DNA of 64,000 nt. It comes from Bacilli bacterium (lineage in GTDB: Bacteria > Bacillota_I > Bacilli_A > RF39 > UBA660). This document shows positions 27,897 to 38,358 of this stretch, piece after piece (positions within the stretch are counted from its first letter, which is position 1; each line of letters opens with the position of its first letter). Both the position numbers and the translations under genes were made by a program. The stretch is taken from positions 2,333-66,332 of the forward strand of contig CAADYO010000009.1 of NCBI GenBank assembly GCA_900753325.1, read 5' to 3'. Below the pieces are notes generated by a model, which was not told where the DNA came from, ran no database searches, and was given only the letters and a program-made list of their open reading frames with translations.

Positions 27897-29251
27897 TAAA
27901 TACCCTCCTTATTTTCTTTTTCTCTTTTTAAATTTAAGAAAGTTGATGTGTTTTTCTTAAATAGTAATTCTATTGTAGTAGTTGGTCCATTACGATGCTT
28001 TCCTATTATTAATTCACTAATACTTGTGTTATCTTCATTCCTTGCTTCTTTATTATAGTAATCATCTCGATATAAGAAAGCAACGATATCAGCATCTTGT
28101 TCAATAGATCCAGACTCTCTTAAGTCACTCATTAATGGCCTTTTATCTTCTCTTCCTTCTACACTACGAGAAAGTTGTGATAAGGCTATTATTGGAACAT
28201 TTAATTCCATGGCTAAGGTCTTAAGGCTACGGGAAATATCTGATACTTCTTGTTGACGATTTGCCCCATAGTTTTTTCCGCCTGATATTAGTTGCAAATA
28301 ATCAATCACAACTAAACTAAGTCCATTTTCACTACTGGCTAGACGACGACACTTGGCTCTTATTTCACCTATTGTGATACCTGGAGTATCATCTATTACA
28401 AGATTTGTATTTGACAATTGGGATACTGCTTCATTTATCCTTTTCCAATCATTATTCATTAAATTTCCGGTACGTAGTTTAAAGCCTTCTAATTGACCAA
28501 GTGATGATAGAATACGTAAAGCTAACTGTTCAGCACTCATTTCTAGGTTAAATACGGCAACACTTTTTTGTTGGGTCATTGCAACATGCGTTGCAAGATT
28601 CAAGGCAAAGGCTGTTTTTCCCATAGCAGGTCTCGCAGCAATTATAATAAATTCATTAGGATGTAAACCTGTTGTTAATTTATCAAAATCATACCATCCT
28701 GTTGCTAGTCCTGTAATTTCATTTTTATTTTCTGATAAAATTTCTAGATCTGATTGAGTTTTTAATAATACTTCTTTTATAGTTCTAAACTCACTAGACT
28801 TACGATTTTTTACAATACTTAAAATTTTCTTTTCTGAATTATCTAATATTTCATTTACTGTTTCATCTGTTCGATATCCTTCTGTTGCAATATCGTTTGC
28901 TGTTTCAATCAACTTTCTTAAAATAGCATTTTCTTCTACTGTTTGAATATAATAATCAACATTACTGGCTGTTGGAACAAAATTTAAAACTTCTGTTAAA
29001 TATTCAACACCGCCAACTTCGTTTAATTCATTTTTCTTTTTTAAATAACTAGTTATTGTTGTTAAATCTATTGGCGTTTTTTCTTCTGTAAGTGCAATCA
29101 TAGAAGAAAATATTTTAGCATTTTTTTCATTATAAAATGACTCTGGTGCTAAATTTTCTGTTGCTTTTTGTAGGGCATACTTTGATAAGAAACAAGCTCC
29201 TAAAACAGATTCTTCTGCTTCTAGATTATTAGGCATTACTTTATTTGCCAT
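27896..29251 (-). CDS. dnaB: Replicative DNA helicase DnaB (DnaC in Bacillus)
   Basis: 451 aa; Walker A AARPAMGKTAF, RecA-like core, N-terminal helical domain. Confidence 0.9.
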   Translation of the reverse strand: MANKVMPNNLEAEESVLGACFLSKYALQKATENLAPESFYNEKNAKIFSSMIALTEEKTPIDLTTITSYLKKKNELNEVGGVEYLTEVLNFVPTASNVDYYIQTVEENAILRKLIETANDIATEGYRTDETVNEILDNSEKKILSIVKNRKSSEFRTIKEVLLKTQSDLEILSENKNEITGLATGWYDFDKLTTGLHPNEFIIIAARPAMGKTAFALNLATHVAMTQQKSVAVFNLEMSAEQLALRILSSLGQLEGFKLRTGNLMNNDWKRINEAVSQLSNTNLVIDDTPGITIGEIRAKCRRLASSENGLSLVVIDYLQLISGGKNYGANRQQEVSDISRSLKTLAMELNVPIIALSQLSRSVEGREDKRPLMSDLRESGSIEQDADIVAFLYRDDYYNKEARNEDNTSISELIIGKHRNGPTTTIELLFKKNTSTFLNLKREKENKEGI

Positions 29252-29261
29252 ATTATCTACC

Positions 29262-29702
29262 TCACTTTACTAGGTGTACTTTGATTGTTGCAACTATTCC
29301 TGCATATAGGTTTATATCTACATTATGAAAACCAAGTGAGGAAATTTGTTTACTGCTATCTATTTGGCTTTTTTCAATTTTATATCCTTCGGCTTGTAGT
29401 CCGTCTTTTATCTGTTTTGGACTGATGCTACCAAATACTTTATCACCTTCACCAGTTTTTACTTTAAATTCAAGAACTACTTTATCTAGCTTTTGTTTTA
29501 GTTCTTCAGCTATTTTTTTGTTTTGTAAATCCATTTCTTTTTTCTTTTTATTATCATGTTCTAGTTTAGCAAGATTTTCTTTTGTTTTGGCAACAGCATA
29601 ACCAGTTTTAATTAAATAATTCTGTGCGTAGCCATCTTTTACATTTTTAATTTGACCTGCTTTACCTTGATTTTTTAAATCTTTGATAAATATTACTTCC
29701 AT
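29262..29702 (-). CDS. rplI: 50S ribosomal protein L9
   Basis: MEVIFIKDLKNQGKAGQIKNVKDGYAQNYLIK; start taken at the MEV methionine. Confidence 0.85.
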   Translation of the reverse strand: MEVIFIKDLKNQGKAGQIKNVKDGYAQNYLIKTGYAVAKTKENLAKLEHDNKKKKEMDLQNKKIAEELKQKLDKVVLEFKVKTGEGDKVFGSISPKQIKDGLQAEGYKIEKSQIDSSKQISSLGFHNVDINLYAGIVATIKVHLVK

Positions 29703-29703
29703 T

Positions 29704-30693
29704 TTATTCACCCTCCTGATTTTCTATTTCTTTTTTTAACATCTGTTCTACTTTGCTTATAGTGGTTTTTTCAAATTTGGCGGCTCCATTGTATGTGTCA
29801 CCACCACCACCAAGATTTTCTAGTATCTTACTGATATCGTAGTTTCCTAAACTTCTGGCACTTATACCTACTGTATCTTTACCAATTTTTCCTATTACAA
29901 AAGATGCTTCTATATTATTAAAGAATAATAATGTGTCTGCTACTTTGGCTAAGTCTTCACGACGATAAATTGTATATGGCGTTGCTTTTGTAAAGGCGAT
30001 TCTATTATTTATTGTTTCAATATCGGCTAATAGTTTCTGACGTTCTGTATATTCCATAATATCCTGTTTTAGAAGATATTGAACTTTTTTGGCACTAGCT
30101 CCTAAACTAGTCAAATAGTAAGCTGAGTAAAATGTTTCAGCAGTTGTTTTTAGTGTAAAGTTATTTGTATCTAGAACTATGCCAGATAGTAAAACAGTTG
30201 CATAATATGGTTCAAGATCTACATCATAAAACTCCACTAGTTCTGTAATCATTTCACATGTACTTGAGACTTCGTTGTCTATAATAGAAACACAATCTTT
30301 GATTGTTGTTTTTGAAATGTCATGATGATCTATAACAACTTTTCTATTAAATCTTTTTAACAAGTCTTTATTTTGAACTAATTCTGGCTTGTTAGTATCT
30401 AATATTATTAAGAGGTTTTTTTCTAACTTAGGATATAAATATCTTTCTATATCACAACTTTTTATTATCTTGATGCAACCTTCTAGTTCTCTTAAGACTT
30501 TTTCTACACCAAGTTCATGGTTTTTATCATCAATTATTATATAACAATTTTTCTTTTTTTGACTCAATATTGTACTTAATCCAATACAACTTCCTAGAGC
30601 ATCTAAATCTAAGTCTTTATGAGCCATTAAAAATACATTTTTACTTTTACGGATACTTCTATTAAATTCTCTTCGTTTATCAATAATTCTCAT
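29704..30693 (-). CDS. DHH/DHHA1 phosphoesterase (GdpP/NrnA-like; lacks TM, PAS and GGDEF modules)
   Basis: 329 aa. DHH motifs LMAHKDLDLDALGS and VIDHHD; DHHA1 GGGG motif near the C-terminus. It occupies the yybT(gdpP) slot between rpsR and rplI. Confidence 0.75.
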   Translation of the reverse strand: MRIIDKRREFNRSIRKSKNVFLMAHKDLDLDALGSCIGLSTILSQKKKNCYIIIDDKNHELGVEKVLRELEGCIKIIKSCDIERYLYPKLEKNLLIILDTNKPELVQNKDLLKRFNRKVVIDHHDISKTTIKDCVSIIDNEVSSTCEMITELVEFYDVDLEPYYATVLLSGIVLDTNNFTLKTTAETFYSAYYLTSLGASAKKVQYLLKQDIMEYTERQKLLADIETINNRIAFTKATPYTIYRREDLAKVADTLLFFNNIEASFVIGKIGKDTVGISARSLGNYDISKILENLGGGGDTYNGAAKFEKTTISKVEQMLKKEIENQEGE

Positions 30694-30755
30694 ATAGCCT
30701 CCTGTTAAATGTCAACTATATTATATAATATTTTATATGTTTTGTCTAATAAAAA

Positions 30756-30785
30756 AGCATACCAGTTCTGGTACACTTTTATCTT
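30756..30785 (-). terminator. Intrinsic terminator after rpsR
   Basis: Minus strand GTGTACCAGAACTGGTATGCTTTTTT: a 7-bp stem plus T-run. Confidence 0.5.
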
Positions 30786-30997
30786 GTATAAGGCATTAAT
30801 GCAATTGCACGTGCTCTTTTAATTTGTTTTGATATATATCTTTGATGTAGGGCACAATTACCAGTAACACGTCTTGGTACAATTTTACCCTTTTCATTTG
30901 TATATCTTCTTAAAGTTTCTGGGTCTTTATAATCAACTACTGCATTTTTTGTGCACATCATACAAACTTTTTTCTTTCTACGATTAAACTCTGCCAT
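30779..30997 (-). CDS. rpsR: 30S ribosomal protein S18
   Basis: [12 protein letters not shown]...[32 protein letters not shown]; start moved to the MAEF methionine. Confidence 0.9.
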   Translation of the reverse strand: MAEFNRRKKKVCMMCTKNAVVDYKDPETLRRYTNEKGKIVPRRVTGNCALHQRYISKQIKRARAIALMPYTR

Positions 30998-31013
30998 TGT
31001 ATATCCTCCTTTT

Positions 31014-31490
31014 TTAGAATGGTAATTCATCATCACTTATTTCAATACTTGAGCCAAAGTCAGCAAAAGGATTGCTATCTACGTTTGTTCCTTTTGGCTC
31101 TGGTGTTGTTCCAAAGTCATATGGAGTCGGCTCATTATTACTTGATGATGTATTATTTGAATTATTTGAGGAAGATTTTGATCCTAAGAATTCAACATTG
31201 TCAGCAATTACTTCTGTCACATATCTTTTTTGACCATTGTTATCATCATATGTTCTTACTTGAAGACGACCTTCTATTGCTGCTTGGCTACCTTGTGTTA
31301 AATAATTTTTAACATTTTCGGCTTGTTTTCTCCATACTACAATATTAATAAAATCAGCTTCTCTTTCTCCTGATTGATTTGTAAATGGTCTATTTACTGC
31401 TAGAGCAAATGTTGCTACTGGTGTATTATTACCAGTGTATCTTAATTCTGGATCTCTTGTTAATCTTCCTATTAAAAATACCTTATTCAT
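31014..31490 (-). CDS. ssb: Single-stranded DNA-binding protein
   Basis: 158 aa; OB fold [19 protein letters not shown] and acidic tail ending DDELPF. Confidence 0.9.
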   Translation of the reverse strand: MNKVFLIGRLTRDPELRYTGNNTPVATFALAVNRPFTNQSGEREADFINIVVWRKQAENVKNYLTQGSQAAIEGRLQVRTYDDNNGQKRYVTEVIADNVEFLGSKSSSNNSNNTSSSNNEPTPYDFGTTPEPKGTNVDSNPFADFGSSIEISDDELPF

Positions 31491-31506
31491 AATATACCTC
31501 TTTTTC

Positions 31507-31794
31507 TTAGTCTTCTACTTTTACAACTAAATGACGAAGTAGGCTTTCATTGATTCTAGCAACACGGTCGAATTCTTTTACTGCAGAACTATCAGATTCT
31601 ACTACAAATAGATAATAATAACCTGTCTTGAACTTATTAATTTCATAAGCTAATTCTTTTTGACCTAATGCCTTTTCTTCTAAAAGTTTTGCTTTCTTGT
31701 CAGTTAATACCTTTTTCATATCTTCAGCAGTTTTCTTGATTTCTGCTTCTTCCATGTCTGGTCTAACTATAAATGTAATTTCATATTTATTCAT
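31507..31794 (-). CDS. rpsF: 30S ribosomal protein S6
   Basis: Start at MNKYEITFIVRPD with RBS GGAGGTG; the ORF-track extension upstream is not used. Confidence 0.85.
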   Translation of the reverse strand: MNKYEITFIVRPDMEEAEIKKTAEDMKKVLTDKKAKLLEEKALGQKELAYEINKFKTGYYYLFVVESDSSAVKEFDRVARINESLLRHLVVKVED

Positions 31795-31895
31795 TTTTAC
31801 ACCTCCTTTTGGACTGTTCGGCTGTAAATACAGCAAGGAGTATTTTAAATACTCGGTTGTATTATAACAAATGTATATTGTTTTGTCTATAAGTT

Positions 31896-32774
31896 TTAAT
31901 TATTTTTCTTAACCTTTTGTATGGGTGGACTTAGGGTAATTATGTTAGCACTTGGTTTAAAAAAGCTATTTATAGTTGGAGACTCTACTCTTGTATTTAC
32001 GGCACCATTAATTACAAATGATGTTTCTCCTTCTTCAAGAACACCATGCGCGTACTTAGGAAATAATTCTCGTGATGGTGAGAATAGACCCGCATTTTTA
32101 AATAACGGTATTAGTCCATTATGCATATGTCCTGATACTACTAAGTCTGGGTTTGTTTCCAAAAGACTGATTTGTTTTTTGAATAAATTAATTATAGATT
32201 TGGGTGCATGAGTTAATAAAATGTTATATTCATCCGAATTAAAAAGATCATAGTCCATTTCTTTCATAAATTCATCCAGATAAGCTTCTTCACTTTCTTT
32301 TTCTAACTCATAATAAGAATATGCTGGTGAAAAGGCTGATATTGATACTTCTCCAATATTTTGTTTTTCTGAATCTTCCAAGACCGTTACATTAGGAAGA
32401 GGTTTTAATACTTCTTTTAAAAGACTTCTAGAACCCATTTGCCAGATATTTGAATTATTCTTTGTCATCTGATCATGATTTCCGTAAGATATAAATGTTG
32501 GTTTTCCTCGAGTTAAGGTTTCTAATTCAAAAGTTAAAAATCTTGTAAAGTCACTATTTTCTAGGTCTTGTGTATCGTTAATAATATCACCAGGTATAAG
32601 TATAAAATCAATGCCGTCCATTTCTTTTAATAATTCTTTTTCTAGAACACTTAAGTTTGTTAGACCTGGTGTTGTACCTTTTTTATTCGTTCTATGTATG
32701 TCAGATAATGTTAATATTCTTTTACTGCTTAATATCTTTGGCGAATAGATTTCAATTTTCTTAATAATTCCCAT
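31896..32774 (-). CDS. Calcineurin-like metallophosphoesterase
   Basis: 292 aa; LSDIH, GDIIND, GNHD and GHMH motifs in canonical order. Confidence 0.7.
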   Translation of the reverse strand: MGIIKKIEIYSPKILSSKRILTLSDIHRTNKKGTTPGLTNLSVLEKELLKEMDGIDFILIPGDIINDTQDLENSDFTRFLTFELETLTRGKPTFISYGNHDQMTKNNSNIWQMGSRSLLKEVLKPLPNVTVLEDSEKQNIGEVSISAFSPAYSYYELEKESEEAYLDEFMKEMDYDLFNSDEYNILLTHAPKSIINLFKKQISLLETNPDLVVSGHMHNGLIPLFKNAGLFSPSRELFPKYAHGVLEEGETSFVINGAVNTRVESPTINSFFKPSANIITLSPPIQKVKKNN

Positions 32775-32855
32775 GGTATCACCTCTTTTATTAGAAGCAT
32801 ATTATAACAGACTTTGAAAGATTTCGCAACTTAAAAGATAGTACTTTTACTATCT

Positions 32856-33626
32856 TTATTCTGTATAATATGCCCCTACAAAGTTTTGACCTATAGGTTT
32901 TGATTCTTTTTTCACTTCGGCTAAATGTGAATAATAGTTTGGATCTTTATATGTATCAATAGGGCTTATTTTAATATTTTCCTTTGGGATTTTTAATTGA
33001 TTAATTATTGCTGTTACTAGGTCAATGTGATAGAGGCTGCCTTTTTTTTCTATACAATCTTTCCAAACTGAATCATTTGTTGCCCAGTTTGGATAACAAT
33101 CATAAACATATGATTCTTTTTTTATGCAACTGCCAATGTAGACAAAAATGTCATATGGATTACTTTTTACTTCAGTTTGAAGAGCTTTTATTGTATACAT
33201 CGGAACTTTTCGATTTATCTGTAGTGCTCCACAGTGAGAAATTGCTACTATATGTTTCTTTCTATCTTCGGCTATTATAACTGGACAATCGGCCATTCTG
33301 TGTCCGATTACAATGTTTGGATAATTTGAATCTATCATTAAAATATCAGCTGGTATCTTTTCATTCCATAAATCTTTTGGGATTAGGTATGAATTATCGA
33401 TACGTTTGTATGTTCCGTCTGGATAAGTAACATTTTGTTCTACATCTTTTTGAGCTGGTTGAAGAATTTTTAAACCATCAATATTATATTTTTTTCCAAT
33501 TTTGATTCTTGTTTTTTTAAATTCCTCATCAATTTCTCTTTCTGTATACGATGCTGGGTAAAATTTCTTACTTTTACTCATAATACCATCTTTGTTATTT
33601 GTTTCAAAAATTATAAGTTTTTTCAT
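32856..33626 (-). CDS. Hypothetical protein, possibly distant PgeF/YfiH (DUF152) family
   Basis: 256 aa. MADCPVII and AISHCG resemble the Cys/His zinc ligand blocks (ADCLPV, AHAGWRG) of PgeF. The match is weak. Confidence 0.3.
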   Translation of the reverse strand: MKKLIIFETNNKDGIMSKSKKFYPASYTEREIDEEFKKTRIKIGKKYNIDGLKILQPAQKDVEQNVTYPDGTYKRIDNSYLIPKDLWNEKIPADILMIDSNYPNIVIGHRMADCPVIIAEDRKKHIVAISHCGALQINRKVPMYTIKALQTEVKSNPYDIFVYIGSCIKKESYVYDCYPNWATNDSVWKDCIEKKGSLYHIDLVTAIINQLKIPKENIKISPIDTYKDPNYYSHLAEVKKESKPIGQNFVGAYYTE

Positions 33627-33655
33627 GACTTTTTAACTCCTATAGTAGTAAACAA

Positions 33656-34756
33656 TTAAACATTAAATCTAAAATGACAGATATCGCCGTCCTGCATTAA
33701 ATAATCTTTTCCTTCTAGTCTTGCTTTTCCGGCTTCTTTTACTTTTAGTTCACTTCCACATTCTATCAAGTCAGTATATGAAATAACCTCAGCACGAATG
33801 AAGCCTTTTTCAAAGTCAGTATGAATAATACCGGCACATTGTTTGGCATTCATTCCTTTTTTAAAGGTCCACGCTCTAACTTCGTCTTTACCTACTGTAA
33901 AGTATGTTGCAAGACCTAGAATATCATAGGTTGCTGTTATTAATTTATCAAGTCCAGAGCCATCTAACCCTAGTCCCTCTAACATTTCTTTTTTATCTTC
34001 TTTAGTCATTTCACTTAATTCTTCTTCTACTTTGGCGCATAGACTTACAACTCTTGCATTTTCCTTTTCTGCATATTCTTTTACTAGTTTTACATACTCG
34101 TTATCGGGATTGCCTAATTCACTTTCTTTTATGTTGGCTAAGTATATGATTGGTTTTAGAGTTAGAAAACTATACGACTTAATTAATTTTTTTTCTTCTT
34201 CAGTTAAGGCAAGTTGTCTTAATGGCTTGTTCCCTTCTAAGGCTTTTTTGCATTTTTCTAATATTTCAGCTTCCATTACATCGTCTTTATTTTTTGTTGT
34301 ACGAGCTTTTTTGGCAACTCGCTCTAGTCTGTTATTTATAACATCTAAATCAGCTATTGCTAGCTCTAGATTTATGGTTTCAATATCTCTGATTGGATCT
34401 ATATTTCCTTCTACATGAATAATTTTTCCATCATCAAAACATCTTACAACTTCTACTATGGCGTCTACTTCACGTATATGTGATAAAAACTTGTTACCCA
34501 ACCCTTCTCCTTGGGATGCACCTTTTACTAGTCCTGCAATATCTGTAAATTCATATGCAGTTGGAATAAATCTATTTGGTTCATACATTTCCTTTAGTTT
34601 ATCCATTCTTTCATCTGGAACTGTTACTACTCCAACATTTGGTTCTATTGTTGCGAAAGGATAATTTTCTGCTAAAATTTTTTGGTTTGTTATTGCATTA
34701 AATAATGTTGATTTTCCTACATTTGGTAGACCAACTATTCCTGCTGTTAAACTCAT
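33656..34756 (-). CDS. ychF: Ribosome-binding ATPase YchF (Obg family)
   Basis: 366 aa; MSLTAGIVGLPNVGKSTLFNAIT, TGS domain at the C-terminus. Confidence 0.9.
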   Translation of the reverse strand: MSLTAGIVGLPNVGKSTLFNAITNQKILAENYPFATIEPNVGVVTVPDERMDKLKEMYEPNRFIPTAYEFTDIAGLVKGASQGEGLGNKFLSHIREVDAIVEVVRCFDDGKIIHVEGNIDPIRDIETINLELAIADLDVINNRLERVAKKARTTKNKDDVMEAEILEKCKKALEGNKPLRQLALTEEEKKLIKSYSFLTLKPIIYLANIKESELGNPDNEYVKLVKEYAEKENARVVSLCAKVEEELSEMTKEDKKEMLEGLGLDGSGLDKLITATYDILGLATYFTVGKDEVRAWTFKKGMNAKQCAGIIHTDFEKGFIRAEVISYTDLIECGSELKVKEAGKARLEGKDYLMQDGDICHFRFNV

Positions 34757-34849
34757 ATTAGTACCTCTTTTCTTTATGTAGATATTATATCATAAGTTTG
34801 TAATTATGTTTAATTATTTGTTTTAAAGAAAAAAACACCTTAATTGGTG

Positions 34850-36445
34850 TTATAAAGTTGGAGATACTCCAGGTCCTATTGGCAAGCCTGTAATATACCA
34901 ACCAACTATTAATAATATCCATGTTAATGATATTAATAAGAAGTATGGTGTAATCATTTTTAGTGACTTAGAAATTGTATAGGGACGTTTTTTATTTAAG
35001 TTATATATGTTTAAATATCCTATATATATTACAAAGGCTGCTAATAAAGGAGTAAATCCTTTTGTCATTGAGTCACCTGCTCGCATTACTATTTGAGCAA
35101 ATTGGGGACTTATATTTGATTGAATAAATACTGGTACAGCTACTGGAGCAAAAATCATCCATTTTGTTGCAGTACCTGTTAAGAAAAGATTTGATATAGC
35201 TATTAGGATTAATGTTATAACTATTAATGGTATACCAGAAAAGTCTAACATTCCTAATAGGTTGGCTAACCAGCTTGTTATAACAACTCCTATATTAGTC
35301 TTTTTAAATACAGCTATAAATTGAGCAGCTATAAACATTAAAATAAACATACTTCCTAATTTTGAAAAATTTTCACTAGCCTGCTCAATTATTTTTTTGT
35401 CACTATTTATGGTATGGGCTCCAATACCATATGCAATTCCTGTTATGAAGAAAAATAATGATACTATATATGTGAATGAATCTTGAAAATAGGCATTTTC
35501 GCCAAATACTTGATTTAGATATGTCGACTCATTCATATCTAGTAACAATCCTGAATATGGTAGATTTGGTATTAGTGCCCAAACAAATAGTAGAAAAAAT
35601 ATAGTTGCTGTTACAAGTGCATATTTTAATCCTGTTTTTTCTCTTTTTTCTTTTTCGAGCGCTGCTTGTTCATTGACTTCTTCTGTTATAATGCTGTATT
35701 TTTCAGTTTGAGCTAGTTCTTCATCTTTTTTATACTTTCCTATCTTTGGAGCAATAATCTTTTCAATAATTAAAGTACCAACTATTGATAAAATGATTGA
35801 AGCTACTATAATAAAGAATAAGTTTGATGTTAGGGAAATATGAATTGTATCATATATTAATAATGACGCATTTTTGGTATATTCAATTAATGTAGCCTCC
35901 ATTGTACCAACAAATATTGAAACTCCATATCCAAATGCAACTCCACAAAATGCTGTTATTATACCAAGAATTGGATTTCTTTCATTCATAAAATATATTA
36001 AAGCAGCTAAAGGAATTAAAATAGCATAACCAACTTCATTGATTAATGATGAAATTGTTGCAATAAATATTAATATGAATGTTAATACATTTTTAGGAAT
36101 TTTTTTTAGTTTTCTTCTGGTAATTGTTTCTAAAAGTCCTGTTGCTTCAGCTACCGTCAAACCAATTAATGCAATCAATAGTGTTCCTAATGGCGCAAAA
36201 CTGATAAAGTTCTTGGTAGCATTACTTATTATATATTTCATGCCATCAAAACTTAATAAGTTTTCAACTGCAACTAGTGTTGGTTCTAATTCTTTGTTAT
36301 TAACATTTACAGTATTATATGTTGCTTGCATTTCAAGTCCTGAAAGGCAGGCACTTAATATAACTAAACCGATTGTTAATAATAAGAAAGCTGTTGCGGG
36401 ATGGAAATAAAACTTTTTTAGCCTAAGTTTCTTTTTTTGAAACAT
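34850..36445 (-). CDS. AbgT-family transporter (p-aminobenzoyl-glutamate/antimetabolite exporter family)
   Basis: 531 aa polytopic. The C-terminus WYITGLPIGPGVSPTL closely matches the AbgT signature WYLVGLPIGPGIYP. Confidence 0.7.
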   Translation of the reverse strand: MFQKKKLRLKKFYFHPATAFLLLTIGLVILSACLSGLEMQATYNTVNVNNKELEPTLVAVENLLSFDGMKYIISNATKNFISFAPLGTLLIALIGLTVAEATGLLETITRRKLKKIPKNVLTFILIFIATISSLINEVGYAILIPLAALIYFMNERNPILGIITAFCGVAFGYGVSIFVGTMEATLIEYTKNASLLIYDTIHISLTSNLFFIIVASIILSIVGTLIIEKIIAPKIGKYKKDEELAQTEKYSIITEEVNEQAALEKEKREKTGLKYALVTATIFFLLFVWALIPNLPYSGLLLDMNESTYLNQVFGENAYFQDSFTYIVSLFFFITGIAYGIGAHTINSDKKIIEQASENFSKLGSMFILMFIAAQFIAVFKKTNIGVVITSWLANLLGMLDFSGIPLIVITLILIAISNLFLTGTATKWMIFAPVAVPVFIQSNISPQFAQIVMRAGDSMTKGFTPLLAAFVIYIGYLNIYNLNKKRPYTISKSLKMITPYFLLISLTWILLIVGWYITGLPIGPGVSPTL

Positions 36446-36446
36446 T

Positions 36447-36641
36447 TTATTCCTCCTCGGTTATTATTTTTTTTATTTTTTTGTTAAATTCTATTCTAGG
36501 TATTAATACTGTTCTACCACAATTTAAACATTTTATTTTTATATCGGCACCTAGTCTTGTTATTTCCCATTCGTTTGTACCGCATGGATGTGGTTTTTTC
36601 ATTATTACTTTTGTGCCAAGTGTATATTCTTTATTTTCCAT
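36447..36641 (-). CDS. DUF951 small protein (YyzM-like)
   Basis: 64 aa with two Cys pairs (HPCG ... CLNCG). Same origin-proximal position as Bacillus yyzM. Confidence 0.55.
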   Translation of the reverse strand: MENKEYTLGTKVIMKKPHPCGTNEWEITRLGADIKIKCLNCGRTVLIPRIEFNKKIKKIITEEE

Positions 36642-37449
36642 TGTGTACCTCTAATTGTGGATATGGTATTGATATATTGGCTTTATCTAGAGCTATTTTT
36701 ATTTCTCTACGTAGGATTCTTTCTACAGTATATTGTTGCATTGGTTTAACTGGTAAAGTTAGACGATATTCTACAGAAGACTCTCCTAATTTATTGATAC
36801 CTAAAACTTCGAGTTTTCCGGTTGCATTAGCAATCTTTCCATTTAAATCTTCGGATAGTTTATTTAAAACTTTTTCAACATCTTCTGGTTTATTTTCATA
36901 TCCTACACCAATATCTATGACAACTAATGCATCATGAAGACTATAGTTTATAATTTTATCCATATTATGATTTGAAATTATTTTGGTAGCTCCTTTAAAA
37001 TCACGTATCTTAGTTGTTTTTAGGCCTAAAGAAATTACTTCGCCCATAAAGCCATCCACTTCAATTGTGTCTCCTACTTCATATTGATTTTCTGTAATTA
37101 TTGATATTCCAGCAATAAGGTCTTTGGCAAGATCTTGAAAGGCCAAACCTATTATGGCTGTTGTTATTCCTAGTCCAGCTAATATTGACTTTATATTTAT
37201 TCCATAGGCAGATAGAATCGCTAGAATAACCAAAATTACTGTTATATATTTAATTATATTTGCAAGAAGCATTTTTATTGTCTCTGCTCGTTGTTTATGG
37301 GCTTTTAAAGTTATTTTATTTACATTAATACTCTTTTCAATTATTCTTTTTAATAACTTGTATACTATCATACCTATCAAAACATAAATAATAGGTATGA
37401 TAACGTGTTGAAATAAATTAAATTCAATATTTTCTGTTAATTTCAACAT
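36631..37449 (-). CDS. mscS: Small-conductance mechanosensitive channel (MscS family)
   Basis: 272 aa with 3 TM and the MscS beta-domain (GDTIEVDGFMGEVISLGLKTTKIRDF). Confidence 0.8.
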   Translation of the reverse strand: MLKLTENIEFNLFQHVIIPIIYVLIGMIVYKLLKRIIEKSINVNKITLKAHKQRAETIKMLLANIIKYITVILVILAILSAYGINIKSILAGLGITTAIIGLAFQDLAKDLIAGISIITENQYEVGDTIEVDGFMGEVISLGLKTTKIRDFKGATKIISNHNMDKIINYSLHDALVVIDIGVGYENKPEDVEKVLNKLSEDLNGKIANATGKLEVLGINKLGESSVEYRLTLPVKPMQQYTVERILRREIKIALDKANISIPYPQLEVHNGK

Positions 37450-37452
37450 AGA

Positions 37453-38358
37453 TTACCTCCCTGATTCTAAGTTCATTATTTCTAGTAGTCTATTTAAATC
37501 ATTACCGTTAACAAAACTAATTTCAATTTTATTATTTTTAATTTTTACTTTAGTTCCTAATTTTTCGCAAAGTTCCTCTTGCAAGTATTCATATTCTGGA
37601 ATAATCTTCTTTGGTTTTCTTTTTATCTCATGAACACGTAAAAACTTTTCATTTGATTGAGTCATATTTTCTAACTCGCGGACACTTAAACCTTCTTCTA
37701 CAACTTTTTTAGCAAGGTCTATCTGCTGTTCTGTATTTTCTAGTTTGCTTATTATTCTAGCATGTCCCATACTTAAACTTTTATTGCTAAGACTTTTTTG
37801 TACCTCTTCTGGTAGAGTTAATAAACCTAGCATGTTGGTTATATGGCTTCTACTTTTTCCTAATCTATTTGCTAATTCTTCTTGAGTTAGGGATAATGAT
37901 TCTAATAATTTTTTATAGGCAGTTGCTTCTTCTATGGCATTTAGATCTTCTCTTTGAAGATTCTCTAATAAAGCAATTTCCATCATTTCATCATCTGAAA
38001 AGTCACGTATAATAGCCGGTATTTCATCTAATCCAGCTATTTTAGAAGCTTTTACTCTTCTTTCTCCAGCAATTATTTCATAACCTTTAATACTTTTTTT
38101 TATGATTATTGGTTGGAATACTCCATGTTCCTTTATTGATGCTGCTAGTTCATTTAAAGCTGTTTCATTAAATACTTTTCTAGGCTGATATGGATTACTT
38201 CTTAATTCAGAAATTTTTACTAGTTTTATTTCTTCTTTTGGGGTTTCTGTTAAAATTTTTTCTTCTACTTTGCTATAATCAATTGGTTCATTGTAGAATA
38301 GTTCTTCTAATCCTCTTCCTAGTGCTCTTCTTTTATTATTGTTCTCCATTTCTTTCAA
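37453..38358 (-). CDS. parB: Chromosome partitioning protein ParB/Spo0J (parS-binding paralog)
   Basis: 301 aa; GERRVKA arginine patch. HTH recognition region RLGKSRSHITNMLGLL is Spo0J-type (R...N), in contrast to the Noc-type paralog at 39216. Confidence 0.85.
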   Translation of the reverse strand: MKEMENNNKRRALGRGLEELFYNEPIDYSKVEEKILTETPKEEIKLVKISELRSNPYQPRKVFNETALNELAASIKEHGVFQPIIIKKSIKGYEIIAGERRVKASKIAGLDEIPAIIRDFSDDEMMEIALLENLQREDLNAIEEATAYKKLLESLSLTQEELANRLGKSRSHITNMLGLLTLPEEVQKSLSNKSLSMGHARIISKLENTEQQIDLAKKVVEEGLSVRELENMTQSNEKFLRVHEIKRKPKKIIPEYEYLQEELCEKLGTKVKIKNNKIEISFVNGNDLNRLLEIMNLESGR

